A stretch of 64,000 nucleotides of DNA, from positions 1 to 64,000 of IMG/VR virus record IMGVR_UViG_2901802297_000002, one strand, 5' to 3'. Each line of letters begins with the position of its first letter. The first letter of the stretch is position 1. This DNA comes from a virus. Its lineage: Duplodnaviria; Caudoviricetes. The translations under genes and the position numbers were made by a program. The notes beneath the pieces are model-generated. The model was not told the origin of the DNA. It saw only the letters and a list, made by a program, of their open reading frames with translations, and searched no databases. Below are positions 28,424 through 35,287 of the stretch, piece by piece.

Positions 28424-28635
28424 GCCGCAACTCCGGTGGTTTCAGGCTTCAGGAAGATGTCCGGTCGGAGTTCTTCACGAGGAATGCCGAATGCCGCCTC
28501 AATGATTGGGCAATATTGTGGAGGCACAACATCCCATTGGGCCACGGCTCCGCGTGTAATACCCAATTCGGCTGCGATCTTCGCAGATAGGCCTCTGCGT
28601 GACCGTATCAATTCCATTCCGGTGACATCGCTCAT
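28420..28635 (-). CDS. cro: Cro-like repressor (YdaS/Cro family)
   Basis: IAAELGITRGAVAQW..VP...IE...GIPREELRPD; divergent from cI. Confidence 0.88.
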   Translation of the reverse strand: MSDVTGMELIRSRRGLSAKIAAELGITRGAVAQWDVVPPQYCPIIEAAFGIPREELRPDIFLKPETTGVAA

Positions 28636-28642
28636 ATGGAAC

Positions 28643-28695
28643 GCTTAGCGTTACTGAGCGGATAAGGCAAGGAATTTTGCTTAGTGCTGATAAGC
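28643..28695. promoter_or_regulatory. OR-like operators
   Basis: 17-bp palindromes GCTTAGCGTTACTGAGC (28643) and GCTTAGTGCTGATAAGC (28679). Confidence 0.8.
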
Positions 28696-28718
28696 GCCCA
28701 TTAAGGCAGTATCGACAT

Positions 28719-29045
28719 ATGGAATTGAAAGACCTGATACGCACTGCCCGCAAAGCAAAGGGGCTATCCCAGGCTGCTTTGGCTGACCTGATACACGTCA
28801 ATAAAAGTGCAGTTGCACAATGGGAATTAGGATCTACACGCCCAACAAATGAGAGTATGGCAGCACTAAAGTCTGTTCTTTCTATAGGTGAGCAAATCTC
28901 TCCAGTCGGGTCTGCTCCATACGCTGGTGAGATCGTTGAAGATCCTGACGAACTCGCCCTCCTCCGCTTCTGGAGATCTCTGTCTATCGAGAAACGTCGG
29001 GCAGTTGTCGAGCTTCTGCATATTGGCAGACCTTCTGACTACTGA
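28719..29045 (+). CDS. cI: CI-like XRE repressor without S24 peptidase domain
   Basis: GLSQAALAD...AVAQWELG..RP HTH; short C-terminal DE.ALL..WR.L domain. Confidence 0.82.
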   Translation: MELKDLIRTARKAKGLSQAALADLIHVNKSAVAQWELGSTRPTNESMAALKSVLSIGEQISPVGSAPYAGEIVEDPDELALLRFWRSLSIEKRRAVVELLHIGRPSDY

Positions 29046-29155
29046 TTTTCGCTTCTTTCCAGACATCACTCTAAAATCTAAATTAAGTTCACATTATGTT
29101 CTTATTGGCACCTATATCAGGGCTTAGTCAATGAATTTTACGCACTAAGAATTTT

Positions 29156-29209
29156 GCTTAGCATCACTAATTTTTTCTCTTGACTGCTTAGCATTACTAA
29201 GCGTAACCA
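29156..29209 (+). promoter_or_regulatory. OL-like operators and PL-like promoter
   Basis: GCTTAGCATCACTAATT (29156) and GCTTAGCATTACTAAGC (29186) flanking TTGACT (29180). Confidence 0.8.
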
Positions 29210-29241
29210 TTTTCCATCACAACCCGTGGTGGAGAAAAACC

Positions 29242-29580
29242 GTGTCGAATACACGATACAAAATTGAAGAAACCGATGGCGGCTTTGTGCTGGTAGAAGA
29301 GCGCAAAGGGAGATTCCCTACAGAAACCCGCGTGCCCTATTCCATCGCGCAGGAAGCAGAAAGCGGAACAGACGCTGTATCCCATAACGGTGATGGGCTC
29401 AGGGATCAGCGCAAAATAGAAGCGCTTAGGTTAGCGCGATATGCCGCATCATTTTTTATCGAAAAAGATCCAGATGCCCAACACCTACTCAATATCCGTG
29501 AGCGTGTGGAAAAACTGATAACAGCTTCCATTGCGGAATTGCGCAAGAATGCGGCCGTGCCCAGCCAACAAACAGAATAA
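29242..29580 (+). CDS. Hypothetical early protein
   Basis: GGAG RBS, GTG start; first gene after the PL-like promoter. Confidence 0.6.
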   Translation: MSNTRYKIEETDGGFVLVEERKGRFPTETRVPYSIAQEAESGTDAVSHNGDGLRDQRKIEALRLARYAASFFIEKDPDAQHLLNIRERVEKLITASIAELRKNAAVPSQQTE

Positions 29581-29618
29581 TAGGCGCGGCCTATAGTTTA
29601 GATGTTAGGCGTTAGATA

Positions 29619-29810
29619 CTATTTTGGCTTTGGGTAATCTGATTTCAAGCGCTCCAAAAGGTTATAAAACTCACTGGAAACTTTAGAGTGCTCGTATTCA
29701 TCGCTTGGATCACTTCCAGAAGCAGAACGAGCACTTAAATGAGAAGCTGTTAGTATTGCAGCAGCCTGAATAAGAGCCGCCTCAATAGTTGTATCTATTT
29801 CGTCTGACAT
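29619..29810 (-). CDS. Antisense mini-gene (63 aa)
   Basis: AAGGA RBS; AT-rich; MSDEIDTTIEAALIQAAAILTA... Confidence 0.65.
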   Translation of the reverse strand: MSDEIDTTIEAALIQAAAILTASHLSARSASGSDPSDEYEHSKVSSEFYNLLERLKSDYPKPK

Positions 29811-29845
29811 AGAGTTTTTCCTTTCTTGGGTCTGTTGGCGCGCCA

Positions 29846-29886
29846 AGAATGGAAAAAGTTGGGGGAGTCTGGCAACAGGCTTCCCC
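29846..29886 (-). promoter_or_regulatory. Hairpin-embedded sigma70-type promoter
   Basis: TTGCCA-18-CATTCT on the minus strand; 11-bp hairpin 29861-29886 with GCAA loop. Confidence 0.6.
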
Positions 29887-30002
29887 TTCAAAGAGAAGCA
29901 AGATGGTTCATCAGACCAATAGGCCAGAACAGTATGTGTTCTCTCATGCACATGCTACCCTTTGCACAACACCTACACAGCACACCAAAACAGGCTTGCA
30001 GC

Positions 30003-30521
30003 ATGATACAAATACCCAAGACCACAAAATTTGGGAAAACACCCCAATCTGGTCTCAGGCTTTGGAAAGCTGCTCAGGCTATCAGGTTGGCAGAACTGCG
30101 CCTTGCAGCTCAAGCATCTGTTCTCATGGGGGCACAAGCACGCGCCACCAGTATGATTGGTTGGGTAGCCGCCGCTTTGGCCGCTTCAGCCGCCTTAGCT
30201 TTCAGCACTCCGTATCATATAGCCGGAGCGATATTGTTGGTTGGGGAAAGTATTACGGGTATTCTGGCAGTTGTAGCTATTTACCCTTGCAAATGGTCAG
30301 AAACAGGCACGCGCCCGGAAGTGTTTATGGATTCACCAGCGCAAACAGAATTAGCCTGTCAGGAATCTCTTGCTCTTTATTACCAGAATGCCATCCAGCG
30401 GAATATCGAGAGGCTAAATACTATCAGCCTACTTATATCCGCAGGATGGATTATGTTTCTAGCAACGCCAATATTAGCGTGCCTTGTTCAAATGGTAATT
30501 TTTATGCAGAAGGTGCCTTAA
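30003..30521 (+). CDS. Three-TM membrane protein
   Basis: Three hydrophobic segments; start uncertain. Confidence 0.6.
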   Translation: MIQIPKTTKFGKTPQSGLRLWKAAQAIRLAELRLAAQASVLMGAQARATSMIGWVAAALAASAALAFSTPYHIAGAILLVGESITGILAVVAIYPCKWSETGTRPEVFMDSPAQTELACQESLALYYQNAIQRNIERLNTISLLISAGWIMFLATPILACLVQMVIFMQKVP

Positions 30522-30600
30522 TCGGCCACTGCACACGCCCTGTATCATCAGCAGGCAATGGTGCCGGCCGTGGTGGATATGGCTTTTCTTTATCGCTCAT
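30502..30600 (-). CDS. Antisense Pro-rich micro-peptide (32 aa)
   Basis: GAGGA RBS; MSDKEKPYPPRPAPLPADDTGRVQWPIKAPSA. Confidence 0.5.
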   Translation of the reverse strand: MSDKEKPYPPRPAPLPADDTGRVQWPIKAPSA

Positions 30601-30631
30601 CAGTTTCCTCATCGAGTCTTGTGAACGCCCG

Positions 30632-30673
30632 ATGATGGAAAATGCGGGAGAGTACGGCAACCGTCTCTCCCGC
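30632..30673 (-). promoter_or_regulatory. Hairpin-embedded sigma70-type promoter
   Basis: TTGCCG-17-CATCAT on the minus strand; hairpin 30644-30673. Confidence 0.6.
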
Positions 30674-30705
30674 ACTTCAGCCAATAAAATGGCAGGGGCA
30701 AGCGC

Positions 30706-30963
30706 ATGAACGCCATTCCCTGCCCTGCGCATCTCAATGCATTCAAAATGGCACAATCAGCACATCGCCGCGCGGCGCTTATTCGCGTGCAGGCAGATGC
30801 CCTGATGGCGCATTCCTTCATGCTGGAAACCTATCACCGCGCATGTAGGGCCAGTGAAAACCATTATGGCGCGGAATCATGGCGCAAGCTTGCGCACCAT
30901 GCCCGTGAAGAAGCCGAGCTTCTCTATACCCGCGCCAATATCCTCGAAAGCTACATCAAATGA
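30706..30963 (+). CDS. Hypothetical early protein
   Basis: AGGGG RBS; coupled chain. Confidence 0.6.
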   Translation: MNAIPCPAHLNAFKMAQSAHRRAALIRVQADALMAHSFMLETYHRACRASENHYGAESWRKLAHHAREEAELLYTRANILESYIK

Positions 30964-31190
30964 ACAATCACGCCTTTCAGGCTGCCCGCACGCAGCTGGA
31001 GCAGCTCATCCACAACAATGTGGACAGCAAAGAAAAGCTGGCCATGCTTTCCCTGGTCAAAGACATGGCCAACGCCATGGAAGCAGAACAGGACATTGCA
31101 GATACTGCCCTGCGCATCGGCTATGCCAAGCGCCGCACCCCGCTGGCACGCATTCAGGACTTCATTCTGGGTGAAGTGAGGGCTGCATAA
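30960..31190 (+). CDS. Hypothetical early protein
   Basis: ATGA coupling; ends EVRAA. Confidence 0.6.
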   Translation: MNNHAFQAARTQLEQLIHNNVDSKEKLAMLSLVKDMANAMEAEQDIADTALRIGYAKRRTPLARIQDFILGEVRAA

Positions 31191-31525
31191 TGACCACCAA
31201 AAAAGAACAGGCGCTCCGTGAGTTGGACAAAACTTATGCGGAATTCAAGGCGCATATCCAATCTGCCCCACAAGATGCCAATTTCAGTCTGGCAGCAGTA
31301 ATGAATGTAATAGAGAATAAGGGATACCGTCCCGCCATATCTGTAAGCGGAAATAATCCGGGCGATATTGTTTTGGCTGCTGCAACTATATTTGGCTTTG
31401 CTTCTGGTTTCTATCCAACATTCAAAAATCCGGACGATTTCAGGGCAACTATGAATGCAGGCATCCAATGCGGACAAGGCGAATTTCCTGAAGAAGCAGC
31501 ACCATGTTCAACCACCAAGCATTAA
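31190..31525 (+). CDS. Hypothetical early protein
   Basis: TAATG coupling. Confidence 0.6.
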   Translation: MTTKKEQALRELDKTYAEFKAHIQSAPQDANFSLAAVMNVIENKGYRPAISVSGNNPGDIVLAAATIFGFASGFYPTFKNPDDFRATMNAGIQCGQGEFPEEAAPCSTTKH

Positions 31526-31743
31526 CCCGCAAACAGGCTGTGGCACTTTCCATCTTGGCTGCACAGCCGGATGGATACCTTACCCACAGCAAAACAGTGG
31601 CATCAGCATCAGCGCAGCTTGCAGCCAGAAAACTGGTGCGGCGCATCAGAATAGACGGCTTTTGGTACTGTGCCCTTACAGAAACGGCACGACAGGAATA
31701 TCCAATTATCCGCCGTGAGGTCAGAAAATGTTTGGCAGCGTAG
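31504..31743 (+). CDS. Hypothetical (winged-helix-like) protein
   Basis: LTRKQ..AL..L...L..RKLV....ALTE.AR pattern. Confidence 0.55.
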   Translation: MFNHQALTRKQAVALSILAAQPDGYLTHSKTVASASAQLAARKLVRRIRIDGFWYCALTETARQEYPIIRREVRKCLAA

Positions 31744-32126
31744 GAAACATCAATGCGCAACCCTGCACCCTCTCAGCGCCTCACCATGTTGTGGATTTTG
31801 CTGTCAGTTATCGGCATATGCGGAAACACATTCCTATGGCTGCACAGATAGATCTGGAGCAGCTTCTAGGCACCTACGCACCACCACCACAGGTGGAAGC
31901 GCCAAAGCGCATCCGGAACGATAAACGCTTGGGTTTTCGCATCCGCCAGCGCCGCCATGAACTGCGCATGAGCCTGGAACAGCTAGGCCACGCCATAGGA
32001 TGCACCTACCAGCAGATGCAGAAGTATGAAACCGGCAAGAACGCCATAAAGGCAACGCTCCTGCCAACATTCGCCACCGCACTGGACGTGCCGCTGACAT
32101 GGTTTTTTGAAGGATTGGAAGTATGA
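31728..32126 (+). CDS. XRE-family HTH regulator
   Basis: RIRQRR...SLEQLG..IG.TYQQMQKYE.G.N...LDVP..WFFEG. Confidence 0.8.
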   Translation: MFGSVGNINAQPCTLSAPHHVVDFAVSYRHMRKHIPMAAQIDLEQLLGTYAPPPQVEAPKRIRNDKRLGFRIRQRRHELRMSLEQLGHAIGCTYQQMQKYETGKNAIKATLLPTFATALDVPLTWFFEGLEV

Positions 32127-32305
32127 GAAGTCTTGCTAAGGAACTTGCTCTTATTTCCTTAATTGCTGCGCTGGTTGTTTTGATAATGAACGGTCACAGC
32201 GAAGAAGCAGCTGTTCATGCTGGAGAAAACACACGCCTGCACCAGGGCATGCAGGCAGACAAACGCGGCACCCTATCTGAAACAAGCTACCTAGGGAGAG
32301 CATGA
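32123..32305 (+). CDS. Small membrane-anchored protein
   Basis: N-terminal TM; ATGA coupling at both ends. Confidence 0.55.
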   Translation: MRSLAKELALISLIAALVVLIMNGHSEEAAVHAGENTRLHQGMQADKRGTLSETSYLGRA

Positions 32306-32541
32306 TGAGAGGAATGATTGCAGCACCTACCCGCCGTATTCTCAACATGAAGGAAGCGGCTTCATACATGGGTATGTCTGTAACCACATTCAGGGAGCAA
32401 GTCGCGCCGCAAGTAAAAGGTGTAAGGGTGCTGCCGAAGCGCATTAGCTACGATGTAGAGGAATTAAACAGCTTTATTGATCGTATGTCAGGGAAATCAA
32501 CGGATTCTCACGAACAGAATTTCTGGGATAAATTCAGGTGA
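32302..32541 (+). CDS. xis: Excisionase-like HTH protein
   Basis: L...EAASYMGMS.TTF...YD..EL..FID; directly upstream of int. Confidence 0.75.
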   Translation: MMRGMIAAPTRRILNMKEAASYMGMSVTTFREQVAPQVKGVRVLPKRISYDVEELNSFIDRMSGKSTDSHEQNFWDKFR

Positions 32542-33566
32542 CAATCATACGCCTGAAATACGTTCACAAGTTCCCCGGCCGCAATGGGAAGACTCGTTAT
32601 TATCTCAGAAAGCCGGGGCATAAGCAGGCTAAGCTGCCAGATCCATCCAGCCCAGATTTCTATGCCGAATATCTGCGCCTCCTGAATGGGGACGCCCCAA
32701 AGATAGAAGTGCAGAAGTCTAAAACGATTGAAGGCAGCTTGCTTGACCTTATCGTGCAGTGGAAAACATCCCACAAATATAAAACCATCAAACAGAGCAC
32801 GAAACAGGTATATGATCGGCTTCTGAACAGAATAGCTGCAATGGATTGCGCTCAAGGCGCGGTCAAGCATATGGCTCCGCAAAATATTCGCTTCATCATG
32901 CGCCAATATGAAGAGGCAGGCCCCACAACAGCCAACCGCATATTAAGCATTCTCAGCATGATGCTGGACTACGCCATAGATATTGGCTGGCGTGATGATA
33001 ACCCTGCCGTGGGTATTAAGCGCCTGCAAATAAAATCCAAGGGCCTGCATTCTTGGTCTGATGCAGAGATTGAGAAATATCAGTCGCATTGGCCTACAGG
33101 CACAAAGCAGCGTCTGGCATTTGCTTTATTATTATATACGGGCCAGCGCAGAAGTGATGTTGTGCGCATGCGCCCAGATGATGTGTCTAGCGGAAGCATT
33201 AAGGTCACACAGCAGAAAACTGGGGCAAAGCTGGACATCCCCATTCATCCGAAACTTCAGGCAGAACTGAATGCTTGGCAGGATGTCGGTGCAGGAACAT
33301 TCCTTGCCACAGAGTATGGCAAGCCGTTTTCTGTGAACGGATTTTATAACAATTTTTCGGAATGGTGTCAGGAAGCCGGATTGCCCAAAGGATGCAGCCC
33401 ACATGGGTTGCGCAAAGCAGCAGCCAGACTGCTTGCAGAAGCCGGCTGCACCACGCACCAGATCGCATCCATCACAGGGCACAAGACTCTATCAGAGGTG
33501 GAAAGATATACCCGTGCTGTGGAGCAGAAACGCCTAGCTCAAGAGGCCATGATCAAGATTGAATAA
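32538..33566 (+). CDS. int: Tyrosine integrase
   Basis: YTGQRRSD, QQKTG, HGLRK, GH.T..EVERY. Confidence 0.93.
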   Translation: MTIIRLKYVHKFPGRNGKTRYYLRKPGHKQAKLPDPSSPDFYAEYLRLLNGDAPKIEVQKSKTIEGSLLDLIVQWKTSHKYKTIKQSTKQVYDRLLNRIAAMDCAQGAVKHMAPQNIRFIMRQYEEAGPTTANRILSILSMMLDYAIDIGWRDDNPAVGIKRLQIKSKGLHSWSDAEIEKYQSHWPTGTKQRLAFALLLYTGQRRSDVVRMRPDDVSSGSIKVTQQKTGAKLDIPIHPKLQAELNAWQDVGAGTFLATEYGKPFSVNGFYNNFSEWCQEAGLPKGCSPHGLRKAAARLLAEAGCTTHQIASITGHKTLSEVERYTRAVEQKRLAQEAMIKIE

Positions 33567-33598
33567 TTGGCACACATAAAACACGGATTGGCACACAT
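33566..33598 (+). repeat. Integrase arm-type direct repeats
   Basis: ATTGGCACACAT at 33566 and 33587. Confidence 0.65.
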
Positions 33599-33638
33599 TG
33601 GATAAAGTGCCTTGTTTTTATGGAATAAAATAAAGTGC

Positions 33639-33652
33639 TGGCGGATGGGGTG
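33639..33652 (-). other. att core resembling a tRNA-Ser 3' end (CACCCCATCCGCCA)
   Basis: CCA-ending tRNA-Ser-like 14-mer ~70 bp past int; the rest of the tRNA is absent. Confidence 0.65.
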
Positions 33653-33835
33653 TCAGTCAGGATAGGTTAATAAGTATTTGATTATAAGAAATAATTAAAA
33701 ATAAATTATATGCGGATACCCACAGGATTACCCACAAATTTTGAGCGCTTGTATGTGATGCCTAAATGCCTTTCTATATGCATTAAGGTAAATTTCAGAT
33801 CACCAACCAACACTTCCATGAAGCAGAATTTTGTT

Positions 33836-34549
33836 ATGCCAAACGATTCCATCGTCCATCACAATGCAACTTGGCATCCCGGCTCTGTACGTAATGCTGT
33901 CATGGATTCAGCCCGTAAACTGGTAGAATCTAAGATACCTGTGCCTCCGAAGTCCTTTTTTAGAAAGCTAGCTAATGAGGCAGAGACACTAGCTAATGAA
34001 GCAATCGCAGAAGCAATCGCTTCTAAGGATGAAGCACCCGTTGCCCTTAATATTAAAATCGCTCATGACTTGTTTTATAATCTAAGCGATGACATTTTCC
34101 TTGCGACTGAAAATGCTAATGATCCTATCATTGCCCAGCTAGCTGCTTACTTCCTTCTCAATGCGATGGATGGTTATAATAAAGCCATTTACATGGATGC
34201 CTGGAACGGACATCCAGATCCAGAATGGGGTACAATCTGGGGCATCCATCAACGCATTCGGGACTTCACCCCGGCTTTCATATTCAAAGTCTGCATGCAC
34301 GGTGATGTGCGTTTTCTGGCTGTAGAATGCCACGCACCGAATCGTCACCTTCCTGATGATCCTCGTGCACGTCTTCGTGCACGGACAATGATAGTATCAG
34401 GTCTGCCAGTGATCGCGTTTTCTCCAAATGAGATTAAGACAGATCCTGATGCATGTGTTTCTGAAGTGAACGAGGCGCTTGTAACTCTTGCGGAAGAATT
34501 GCTCTCGAATCCCCAAAAATATGATTTTCGTCCACAGACAGGCATATAG
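33836..34549 (+). CDS. Hypothetical protein with degenerate DUF559/Vsr-like C-terminal domain
   Basis: LAVEC...H...R....G..VI.FS.NEI..DP..CV pattern; low GC; start uncertain. Confidence 0.65.
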   Translation: MPNDSIVHHNATWHPGSVRNAVMDSARKLVESKIPVPPKSFFRKLANEAETLANEAIAEAIASKDEAPVALNIKIAHDLFYNLSDDIFLATENANDPIIAQLAAYFLLNAMDGYNKAIYMDAWNGHPDPEWGTIWGIHQRIRDFTPAFIFKVCMHGDVRFLAVECHAPNRHLPDDPRARLRARTMIVSGLPVIAFSPNEIKTDPDACVSEVNEALVTLAEELLSNPQKYDFRPQTGI

Positions 34550-34551
34550 AA

Positions 34552-34602
34552 TCGCCTTCACACGGCGGGGGGTCACAGGTTCAATACCTGTCGCACCCAC
34601 CA
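34552..34602 (+). pseudogene. 3' fragment of tRNA-Val(CAC) (att site)
   Basis: Anticodon arm TCGCC-TTCACAC-GGCGG, T arm ACAGG-TTCAATA-CCTGT, ...CACCCACCA; no 5' half. Confidence 0.85.
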
Positions 34603-34727
34603 CGGTTTTTCCTAGATTTCTGCGACTTTTAGAGAATTTCTGGAATGTTGGTCAGTTCCAGTTAGGATCGTTTTATACCTATCAGAATCGATAAATCATC
34701 ACCAAATCCGTGCACGATTCTCAGGCC

Positions 34728-34756
34728 TTGTACCCGTCCCCACGCCGTACTAGAAT
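34728..34756 (+). promoter_or_regulatory. Sigma70 promoter for a non-coding transcript
   Basis: TTGTAC-17-TAGAAT. Confidence 0.7.
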
Positions 34757-34762
34757 CATGGG

Positions 34763-34991
34763 GCTGCGGCGGGTTTTTTGGTGGGCCGTGAGACGCCGCA
34801 GCACTCTATTCCGGTGCTAGGCGCAATGGTTAGTAGGCACTTCGGGTCATAGGCCCGGTAAAAGCGCGGCGAAACCCTGAACAGGTGAAGCATATTCACC
34901 GACCGGAACCATTTCCTATTTGGAAACAGTTCACTCCCCGTTATAACGCCCGCAAGCCAAGAGCCTGTCCGCTACCTATGGCGGCTCTTGG
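34763..34991 (+). ncRNA. Candidate structured ncRNA containing a tRNA-like domain (34810-34911)
   Basis: 5' 9-bp hairpin, cloverleaf-like domain ending in ACCA, and 3' 9-bp hairpin; no ORF in track. Confidence 0.6.
34957..34991. terminator. Hairpin between converging transcripts
   Basis: CCAAGAGCC...GGCTCTTGG; weak U-tract. Confidence 0.45.
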
Positions 34992-35011
34992 TCTTACGTC
35001 CTGAAAAGAAT

Positions 35012-35170
35012 CTATTCCTGAGAATTCTCGGCAGCGACAGTCTGAGCGCTTGGAAGCGTCTCAATAAACTGCAGGATCTGAGCGGCTTCCTGCGCTGTAA
35101 TTAGAAACGTAGTGCTCACATTCGCTGCACCACTTGGATAAGAGACCATTACAGAAGAGTTCTTTTCCAT
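35012..35170 (-). CDS. Small hypothetical protein (52 aa, MEKNSSVMVSYP...)
   Basis: Manual translation; GGAGA RBS. Confidence 0.55.
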   Translation of the reverse strand: MEKNSSVMVSYPSGAANVSTTFLITAQEAAQILQFIETLPSAQTVAAENSQE

Positions 35171-35287
35171 CTTACTTTCTCCAAATATCATTTTTATTGG
35201 TTAGAAACCGCCAACCTGCGGCAAACATAATGATGGCGAAGGCAGATCCCACGCTGCCGAAAACCATCCCGCACTCAAAGTCCGGTG

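Larger units (their letters stand above)
27126..28434. repeat. Tandem cassette array with three imperfect junction repeats
   Basis: ATGG.AATCA.TCATGC.G.AAC.CC at 27126, 27614 and 28409; perfect 20-mer CCGGACACCATCCGCGTGAC at 27563 and 28358. Confidence 0.8.
1..33652. mobile_element. Prophage 1 (siphovirus-like, HK97-type head), left end outside window
   Basis: Contiguous lysis-tail-head-packaging-replication-immunity-xis/int gene order ending at a tRNA-like att core. Confidence 0.92.

Noticed and set aside
27126-28434. CRISPR array or integron attC array
   Set aside because: The repeats are imperfect, 0.5-0.8 kb apart and protein-coding; no cas gene, intI or attC R-box structure was seen.
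34552-34602. Intact tRNA-Val gene
   Set aside because: The 5' acceptor strand and D arm are missing; upstream sequence is the end of an ORF.
34860-34905. Hammerhead ribozyme (CGAAAC...CTGA)
   Set aside because: The CUGANGA core is not matched (CTGAACA) and the stem order does not fit.
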